Source: Octopus vulgaris (lineage: Eukaryota). From it: a stretch of DNA of 64,000 nucleotides. Shown one piece after another: positions 53,957-64,000 of this stretch. The translations under genes and the position numbers were made by a program. The DNA is taken from positions 122,946,001 through 123,010,000 of the forward strand of contig OX597818.1 of the NCBI GenBank assembly GCA_951406725.2, in the 5' to 3' direction. Within the stretch, counting starts at the first letter, position 1; every line of letters begins with the position of its first letter. Under the pieces are notes generated by a model. It worked only from the letters and a program-made list of their open reading frames with translations, did not search any database and had not been told where the DNA came from.

Positions 53957-54750
53957 TGAATATTCATGGCATAACTGGTCATTGTTTTTCTAGCCTGAAT
54001 TATTATAAAAATTATTATTTGTTTATCTAAGAGACAATGCCTTTTGGCAAACACTAATTATTATTGCACAAGGATTAAAAAACAATTTTTATATGAATAT
54101 TGTTGTTAGTTCTTAAAACTTACGTCGGTACCCGTGTGACTTTGTGCAATCTTTCAATTACCGAACACCCACGTTCAATTCCCATTACTATGATTTTCAG
54201 TAATTTTATTAATGCTTCATTTCAAACGTCATTCCTATATTCCCTATCCATTTCTCTAAACATTCCTTAGCTGCACCTCAAAATATTCCTTTTCTCTCTT
54301 TCTTAATGCCTCACCTCCACTCATGCGCTTTCTGCTATCAGTGCAAATTCTATATTGTCTCGTGATTATATACTCACTCATATATGCATATATATATATA
54401 TGCGTATTTGTATATCAATATATATATATATGCGTGTGTGTGTGTTTGTGGGTGTGTGTGAGTGTGAGTTGTGCATGTGCGTGTGTGTATGTGTGTATAT
54501 ATGTATAAATATGTGTGTGTATGTATATATACATATGCATATATATATATATATATACATATACACATAATTATATTCATATATATATGTGTGTGAGTGT
54601 GTATGTGCGTGCGTGCGGGTATAGATGTGTGCTTATGCACATACTAATGTAATAATTACTAGGTCTTGTACTAACCTTAACAACTACTTATCATATTACC
54701 TTCAATTCTTCAATTCCTACTTCTTTTTTCCATTATTTTTCATACGTGTA

Positions 54751-54791
<41 letters not shown>

Positions 54792-54915
54792 AGTAATTCA
54801 GCTTTATATACGAAGTTGTTATATACAATCTGCGTTATTTTACTGAAATTTTGTTGCATACATTTTAATGCTAAGTTTCTTATTTGGTTGTGACTATCGT
54901 TTGATATATATATAC

Positions 54916-54991
<76 letters not shown>

Positions 54992-54996
<5 letters not shown>

Positions 54997-55195
54997 TAAT
55001 CCAAACATCAAAACACAAGGAGAAAACACAACAACGCGAGGACGTGGAACCAGTGTTATTGGACGCTCAGGAAAGGAAAGAAAGAAGAAGAATGTAACGC
55101 TACGAGCGGAGCTCTTCGTCAGAAACATAGGAAAAGGAAAGATCCAACGAAGTGAATACGGAGGAAAAAATCGCCAACGATACAAACGCGATGTG
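54992..55195 (-). mobile_element. PLE-type short element with degenerate hammerhead (55091-55128)
   Basis: CTGACGA-A-GAGC(TCC)GCTC-GTAG-CGTTA, with GAAA apparently mutated; abuts (TA)n. Confidence 0.5.
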
Positions 55196-55356
55196 TGTGT
55201 CTATGTGTGTGTGTTTGTCCACCTTCTATCGCTTGACAATCGAAGCTGGTTTGTTTATGTCCCCGTATCTTAGAGGTTCGGCAAAAGTTGATGCTTCTGT
55301 ATGGCCGCACTCAAGTGACTGAAACAAACAAAAAGAATATATATATATATATATAA

Positions 55357-55414
<58 letters not shown>

Positions 55415-56373
55415 GTAGATCGACGACATGTAAATAAGATAAATAACGTTTTTACTTTTCATAAAAATCAGTAAATTTTACATGATTACTTATTTATTTA
55501 AATACATTAACCACGTAAATTAATTTTTTCCTTAATATTTTTCATATTTATTCATATTTTTTCATATTTGTTGTTGTTTTAAAATTATCTCCCCTACATT
55601 GGAAATCATATAAATAGAGGACATAATAACTTCAGTAGCCATGTTTAATTTGCGGAGTTAACTGGTACTCATCAATACGATAAGTTCTGCTTCTACTTCT
55701 CTTTAATACTGTTAATTCTTATCGATCATTTATAAATGTATAGTTTAATTATAACATCTCCATTTATGTTGTAAATATATTTTCTGCTATTTAGACAGGA
55801 AGAGTGGGTATGTATCGTTGGATCGAAGAAATATTAATTTTTGATATTGTCGATTTAAATATATCGTCACAAAACGCGCACCGTCGTTTTAATGTGTAAT
55901 ATTTAGCATAGTAATTTTTAGTACAGTATTAATAATATATTTAAATTTATATTTTATTATAGATAATATCTTTCATTATTAATTGAATTACTTTATGGAG
56001 GTTCTATCTCTTAATTCTATATATATATAATATATCGTGACATTTGATTTGTTTTACTAAATTGAGTTTGTTTTCCCCTGTTGCCTTGGGATTTTATATT
56101 CCCTACTATTCATAATATATATGTATATATATACATATTGTTTTCTATATTTTGGAAAAAAACGTTATTACAAAACATGCAAGATTACTCAGTACCCTAA
56201 AAATGGCACAATTCAAATTTAAACCGTTATTAGTTATGTGGTAATATTTTGCTCAACTATCTATATTAGTCTTGGGTGGCAGGATGTATATGTATGATCA
56301 ACAGAATCCCAGACTAGGTTACATGAATCGTATGAATCAACGCTTCAAGGATAGCAGTATATGTATATGTATG

Positions 56374-56426
<53 letters not shown>

Positions 56427-56729
56427 GCAGAAAAAGACACACAGATACATACCTACATATACACACATATGTATATATATATATATATATATATAGATTT
56501 AAATTTATATGTACGTATGTATATATATATATATATATATAAATATGTATATGTATGTATATATGTATGTATGTACGTATGCATGCATGTGTGTATGTAT
56601 ATATGTATAAGAAATTAAAATGACAAAGGAAAACAATTTATATAAAGTTTATGACAATTTTCTTTTCCTTCATTCAAATTTCTTATTACTGCACTGTACT
56701 CGGCTGAATCTTTGTTCACAAGCATAAAT

Positions 56730-57005
56730 ATATTGAGTTCTAAAGCCAAGAAAATTGAGATTGGCAAGATGTGGCAGTATGAGTGTCAAACAGAGAGGTT
56801 GTCCCAATTGTCATCGGACAATTGGGTTCAATACCACGGAACCCGAAAAAGAAAAAAAAAAGTGATTTGGTATCTTTAGAAATACCCTGCAATCTAGGTG
56901 TATGGAAAATCGGCTTCACTTGAAACTGCACGCATATTACAGAAAGTACTGTCTGAGATCCTTGTTGTGACAAACTCTCAGTAGACAAAATATGTTCTGT
57001 CAACA
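56730..57005 (+). mobile_element. R4/Dong-like LINE 3' end remnant
   Basis: KIEIGKMW..VVPIVIGQLGSIP..LEIPCNLGV..SASLETAHILQKVLS. Confidence 0.75.
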
Positions 57006-57171
57006 ACATGATGATATTAGATACTGTGCGTTATACTTAGTAATAATAGTAATTATATATATGATTCTATATACACCTACATATATGCATATACACTCAG
57101 ACACAAATAGATACATACATACATGATGATGATGATGATGGTGATACAGTTGTATTTTTAAGACATGCGGA

Positions 57172-57510
<339 letters not shown>

Positions 57511-57518
57511 TATTTTGG

Positions 57519-57553
<35 letters not shown>

Positions 57554-58243
57554 CAGCAGTCAATTTACCGGTTATGTTTAGCATATAGGATGTCCAATTT
57601 AGCAGTTATCCCTCTTAATTTTGTAGGTAACACAGTTTTTAATCTTCGGATTTTTAAATATTCTAAGCCACTGGTTTTAATTGATTAACATCAATTTCTA
57701 CCCTCATTATTTAATTGTGAATAAAAAATGTTCCCTAACCGGTAAATTGGCTGCTGAAATTTAGTGACTGCATAGTAATTTCGGGCCTCAGCGCGCCAAA
57801 GTTAAGGCATTTGAAAAAATACATCCAAATATAAATTGTAGAACTTTATACATGATCGATTTCGGTTGAACATTTTGTATCTAGTTCTGGAAATAGTGCT
57901 TTGTAAGCGACAGACTACGCTGAGGATCATGCAGATATCAGCGTGTTTTACATACGTAGATATTAACAAGTGAAACCAATTGGTACGTAGGTAATCGTTT
58001 ATATTTCGTATGTTTTCTTTTGTCTTGGTCATTTTTACATTTTGGCGTTTTTGCTGAGATTTTTTTCTTGAGAACACATTCTTTGTGGTAATGGCGATTT
58101 GATGTCTATGTTTAGCAGATAGGATGTCCACTTTAGTGGTCATTCCTCTTAATTTTGAATGTAACACAGTTTTTAATCTTCGGATTTGTAAACATGCTAA
58201 CGCACTGGTTTTAATTGATTAACATCAATTTCTACCCTTATCA

Positions 58244-58343
<100 letters not shown>

Positions 58344-58404
58344 CACACGTCTATATGCGTGTCTTAGTACTTGTGTTTTTCGACCACCACTACTTGCAAA
58401 GCGT

Positions 58405-58750
58405 CAGAAATAGTTACCGGAATATATTTATGACTTCATTTGCCCCTATTTGTGGCCTCCTAATTTCCTTGACTGTAATTTCATGGATTAGTATGCATGA
58501 GGTGCGTTTGAGAAGGACACTAATTGCTCTACTTGCAGCACCAAGATCGAGCTGTGGCAAAGATCACATAGGTGTTCGAAGATCTCCCTAGGGACACAAT
58601 GAGTAACGCATACACCAAAATCCAGAGACGTGTTCAGGCCTTGGTGGGAGCTATGGGCATTTACTTTGAGTAAACATATGTCCCGGACATACAATCTAGT
58701 TGATATGTTTTGATTTTTTGAAATAAATTTATGTTTGGCTGGGATGTGCA
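58405..58750 (+). mobile_element. Tc1/mariner superfamily (maT/DD37D-like) transposase C-terminal remnant
   Basis: LWPPNFLDCNFMD*YA*GAFEKDTN..VFEDLPRDTMSNA..RRVQALVGAMGIYFE*. Confidence 0.75.
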
Positions 58751-58877
58751 TTTTCATTTTCTTTTATGCAAACTGTGAAATTTAATACATATATACATAT
58801 ATAAATTCATACATGCATGCATACATATATACATACACACGTACGTGTGTGTATGTGTATATATATATATGTATATA

Positions 58878-58961
<84 letters not shown>

Positions 58962-59339
58962 AACATTGTGTGTGTGTGTTTTTCTTCCATTTTCTTTTCT
59001 GTTTGTATATTTGCTTTCGTTATATCAGCCACAACTTTGATGAGATTTTCAGCCTAGCTAGTCGGTTCTAAAGATGACATTTTCATTCTTTCCTGATAAG
59101 TTAAACAAAAAAAAAAATCGATCGATTTATCTAGAAGTTGCTTCCAAGTGTGAAATATGAAGACGTCGAAAACACGTCTGAGATTTAATAACACTCAGCT
59201 TGGTGGTTGAATCTGATACGGCGATCGATGTCGTACAGGACTATGTGCTGCTACCTTTACAAATTACTTAGGTTTTTCCCAAAACCAATTTAGCTGCCAC
59301 CTGAAACTAGATATCCAATTCATGTTTATCATATTAATA

Positions 59340-59764
59340 GACAAGTAGTTGAAGTGTCTTACGGACCACAATTAGTTGCCGATAATTAAGTTAAAGAGTC
59401 ACAATAACCAAGAAGTATTTCAAAATATTGTTACTCATTTGGGAAATTCAATGACGTTGTAGAGGACAAACTACCGTTCTATGGAAGAAATATTAAGAAT
59501 ATTTTGTCAAATTTGTGTCTCATCATACTTCGTTCCATGTTAAAGTGCTGTGTTCTGCTTAACTTGCACAGAAACGAGAAAACGGAGGATACTCTTCATT
59601 ATAAATATGAACTGAGCGCTTATATCAACAATGAAGGCGACATGTACACATGGATTCTTCGAAAATTCCATTCTGGAAGTCATGATAGTATTATTCTTCA
59701 CTTCTCTACTTTTGACGGGTCCCACTTTGAATATTTCTGCACAGTATGCACAGCACCCTGTGAG

Positions 59765-59839
<75 letters not shown>

Positions 59840-61345
59840 ACACACACACACACACATACACGAATGACACTTGATGGTGAAGCCTCAGAACACTTTCATG
59901 TCTAGGTTGGGGTAAAACAAAGATGTATCCTTGCCCCCGTACAGTTTACTATTTACCTGAAGGCCGTAACCCTTCTTTCTATGTGATAGTTCATCGAACA
60001 AGACGGACTGCGCATTAGGTATTGCTATAATGGGAGTGTTTTAAGACTCCCTGCCTGAAAGCCACATCAAAAATCCTCTCGACTACAGTGTACAAGATTT
60101 AGTATACTGACGATTCAGTTGCCCCAACTTATATCTTCGCCTCCCTTCAACGCAGGATGAATTCAATTAACAATTCCTATTTCTTTATTGCCCATAAGGG
60201 GATAAACATAGAGGGGACACACAAGGACAGACAACGGCATTAAGTCGATTACATCGACACCAGTGCGTAACTGGTACTTATTTAATCGGCCCTGAAAGGA
60301 TGAAAGGCAAAGTCGACCTCGGCGGAATTTGAACTCAGAACGTAGCAGCAGAAGAAATACCGCTAAGTATTTCGCCCGGCGTGCTAATTCTTCTTATTTT
60401 TTATTGCCCACAAGGGACTAAACATAGAGGGGACAAACAAGGACAGACAACGGACTTAAGTCGATTACATCGACTCCAGTGCGTAACTGGTACTTAATTT
60501 ATCGACCCCGTAAGCATGAAAGGCAAAGTAGACCTCGGCGGAATTTGAACTCAGACAAAATTCCGTTAAGCATTTCACCTGGCGTGTTAACGATTCTGTC
60601 AGCTCGCCGCCTTAACTCAATTAACAATTCCTATCTTCGGCTCGGTCTCCCAGTGCATCATTGAAAAAAGAGAAGTTCAGCAGTCAACCTTCCCATACTC
60701 ACCCTTCTCAGCCGCCCTTAGTTATGATTTTCCTCTGCCGCAGGCGAACTCGTTCTTCTATCTTGAAAACAAGATTTTAAACAATGGAAAACTTGGCGAG
60801 ATGCTCCGTCGCATCAACTTGGCTGCTACATCTTTAAGGTGACGATCGAGTCTTTCAGAAAAAGAAACTTAAAAGAAGTACAAAAATATCCGTTTATCGA
60901 ACTGTCTATGTATTCATACATGTATGTATGTATGTATGTATGTGAATATTTATGACATAACAAGTCGTTGTTTTCCCAGCCTGAAATATTATAAGAATTA
61001 TTATTTGTTTATCTAAGAGACAATGACTTTTGGCCAACTCTAAATATTATTGCACAAAGATTTTTAAAAAATTGTTTATGAATATTGTTGTTTAGTTCTT
61101 AAACATACTTCGGTATCCGTGTGATTTTGTGTAGTTTTTCAATTCCCGAACACCTACGTTCAATTCCCATTACTATGATTTTCCCGAGGGCTGCTATCTA
61201 AAGCGTTGAGGCCTGCATCCTTCGTCATCGCTTCCTCTAAGTTGGCCATGTGATTTGGATGCCGGTTAACCAACTCCCAAAGATGGTCTTCTTCATTGGG
61301 ATCGAGACTTGATGTAGGCCTCATGGACGTCCAAACCTTGATCGT
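59340..61345 (+). mobile_element. RTE (BovB-like) LINE RT remnant, multiply interrupted
   Basis: Collinear motifs GVKQRCILAP (~59910), YTDD (~60103), FFYL..RRINLAA..TKISVY (~60755-60900), GHVIWMPVNQLPK..RPHGRP (~61245-61335). Confidence 0.8.
60181..60616 (-). mobile_element. Head-to-tail SINE family C dimer with single 18-bp TSD
   Basis: TCAATTAACAATTCCTAT at 60163-60180 and 60617-60634. Confidence 0.92.
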
Positions 61346-61766
61346 CCAAACCATGAACATCTCAAGCGATCCCTCATCATGGACGTTTATTTCTTTCTCT
61401 GAATAACTCAAGAAAAGATCGAACGGCGATAAAAATTGAAGAAAAAGCATTGATTGCTACGAGTTTGCATTACATTTTTTAAAAAATATAATGAATGATG
61501 TCCCCCATGCGATATCTCTCCCGATCTGTTAAAATACCTGAATTTTAATAGGAAGGCGTGGACATCCGTGTGTGATCCTAGAGTAGAGTCGTGGTCAAAG
61601 TTTGGAACATGTTTTATATAATTAAAATTGCTATGTCCAAGTACAATTCTAACCAAATATATACAACTTAGAGATATACTTAACCAACGTTTCACTATCT
61701 AGAAGAATAGAGTAGGCAAAATCTAAAATATAGTTCTAGACCAAACTGCTTACTTTTAATAAATAG

Positions 61767-62052
61767 GGACTACTACACCATGTATACCAAAGTATGTTCC
61801 AAACTTTTGGCCACAGCTCTAGAGGGCTTTGAAACCGAACTGAGAAGAATGCACGAAGAAAGGAGGCGTCGTCAACAATCTGATGTAGCTGCTGTTCGGG
61901 ATCACTTTCAATGCCCTCTGTCCCAAAGAATTTGCCTATCCCATATTGACCTTTCAACCACGTCCGTGCCCTTGAGAGACAATGTGCTGGATGCGGATGA
62001 GGATGAATGTCTCGGATCGACGCTGTCACCACCTTTGATGAGATATCATAAG

Positions 62053-62056
<4 letters not shown>
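61767..62056 (+). CDS. Candidate coding exon or unidentified TE ORF
   Basis: Acceptor-like ttacttttaataaatag then ~96 open codons DYYTMYTKVCSKLLATALEGFETELRRMHEERRRRQ...; GC above background; runs into (TA)n. Confidence 0.3.
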
Positions 62057-62123
<67 letters not shown>

Positions 62124-63135
62124 AGGAATACAAATTTTAATCCAGGCAGATACCCTGTTAAAATATCGATATGTTTGGCCTTTCGCCGGTCAAGAAGGGG
62201 CCGAGGAAGTACAAAAGGAAGAATCTAGTGACAGTGAAAAAGAGGAAGAAGAAAGTAGTGAGAAAGACAGATTAAGGAATCTGAGAACTAGGAGAGAGAA
62301 TGACGGTGACAGCGTCGATAAAGATAGGCAGATAGGGCCAAGCGCCAATAGAGAGAATATTAGCAGTGCTAGGGGAGATTGAGGGTGGTGAGAGAGCAAG
62401 AGGTTTTGGACAGTCGGTATTCAGTCGTCAAAGCGAGCGGTTGGGATTTTAGGAGCGAGGATTTGGGAATTCGGGGCAAGAGTTTGGCAAGTTGGAGCTA
62501 GCAGTACTGAGAGAGATGAGGTGCAATATGAGGCGTTGGCTAATGTAAGGTACGTGAATTGTGTATTGATATGTGAAGAAAAAGAAGGAAAAGGAATCGA
62601 TGTATCGAAATGTTGAAAAGAAATGAGACAGTAAAAAGAAATTTAATGAAGAATGTGAATTGAGTAAAGGACTTGTTGATGTGTCGATTATCGAGTTGTG
62701 GTATTTATGTTCAGAATTGTGTTGATACATGTTACAAAAGAAAGTAGAAAAAGACTTTAAAGAACTGTGAACGTTATTTGTTTCATTGGATTTGAACATT
62801 GATTTGTAACGTGAATTATTTGTGACATGAACATTGTATACCTGTTTCTTGCATGTGTTTTCTTTAATTGCTGTTGTTATTGAACTTGATGTGTCGTTAC
62901 CGGACGGTTATATTGTATCTGCATGTTGTTAAATGCTTTGAACTGCGGTATACCTGTATGATGTATTGAGTTGTTACTTGCATGTCCTCTTTTAAATGTA
63001 CCTGATATGTATTTGATGTTGTAACAATTGATTGTCATATAAACTAGTTGTTAAATGTAAGCCAGTTGCCTTGCCTCTTGTGTGTCTCTCGATTGCCTCT
63101 GTGCTGCTGCTGCTGTTGTTGTTGTATCTGTCTCT

Positions 63136-63217
63136 CCTCTCCGACGAGTTTCCGTGGCGAAAACATTCGCTGCATCGAACGGGCCTGTGTGAGGGATTCC
63201 GTAACAGTTTTCGGAGG
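63136..63217 (+). ncRNA. Degenerate hammerhead motif near the end of a 62120-63295 insert
   Basis: CCTCT-CCGACGA...GTAA-CAGTTT-TC-GGAGG; stem I pairs, core and stems mutated; AATAAA follows. Confidence 0.35.
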
Positions 63218-63328
63218 TCCCCCCTCGTAACAGTATATTAGGACATAATAAAGAATATAGTATTATATAACTAAATTTTTCACCATATATGTCGTAAAAT
63301 TTTAATTCTGCTTTCCCTAGTATATCTT

Positions 63329-63384
<56 letters not shown>

Positions 63385-64000
63385 TGTGTGTATGTGTGTG
63401 TGTGTTCAGTCTTTCAGTATAAGTAATTTGATTCGTCAGGTATTGCTCACTAATTGCAAATACCGTGGTGTGAGATCGCATCGGGAACATTTCAACCATG
63501 TCAAACAACACGTTCTTTAGAGAAGTATGATCTACGACACAATTGTTCATAAGTGCTTGATATAAAATCAACAAAAATAGAAATTCGAAGTCGGTTTCTA
63601 CAAGTTCAGGCCACAATCTGAAGTTCTGTTATAACGTTGAAACTTGAAATTTGATTGGTTGACTTTTTCCGTCTCACACCTTAACACCCTCCTCACCACC
63701 AGAAACCATCTGAATCTTGAGAAGGCCTTGTTGTAATTAAGACATGCTTTATTGCAAATATTTGGAGCCGTCTCTGGTCTGAAGGATTACTCAAACCTTC
63801 GTATCAAATACTCACAGATCCTTGCAAAATATCAAGGAATTTTATTTCCTCCTCTGAAGAATTCATGGAAAGATTTTACTGGCGTTAAAAATTGCCTTTT
63901 CAGGCATTGAATGCCACGATTTTACATTGTCTTTCTTTAAAATATAACGGAATTATTTCAAGTGAACAGAGGATGTTTTGACCTTTTTTTGTTTTTGCTA

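Noticed and set aside
63816-63866. Minus-strand MNSSEEEIKFLDILQGS followed by GTGAGT donor
   Set aside because: Too short, and equally resembles the PLE RT motif E..I.FLDI

Overview
Eukaryotic, AT-rich, repeat-saturated DNA, very probably cephalopod (Octopus-like), judged from the SINE families, dense (TA)n/(TACA)n/(AAT)n microsatellites and a cephalopod-like mitochondrial nad6 insertion. Almost all ORFs in the supplied track are microsatellite read-throughs. No host gene is confidently identified; there are only a few weak exon candidates. Recognisable content: decayed Penelope-like (PLE) RT and GIY-YIG fragments, RTE and R4/Dong LINE fragments, mariner, maT and hAT remnants, non-autonomous Helitrons, a solo LTR with TSD, several tRNA-derived SINE families, a ~35-bp A/T-tract minisatellite and a nad6 NUMT. 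The most striking signal is about ten type I hammerhead ribozyme motifs, intact to degenerate, in several sequence-unrelated short elements. These mostly sit in (TA)n arrays and are often arranged as fold-back palindromes. One element appears to join a tRNA-derived Pol III head, an (AAT)n spacer and a hammerhead. All translations and folds were done by eye; coordinates of decayed elements are approximate.
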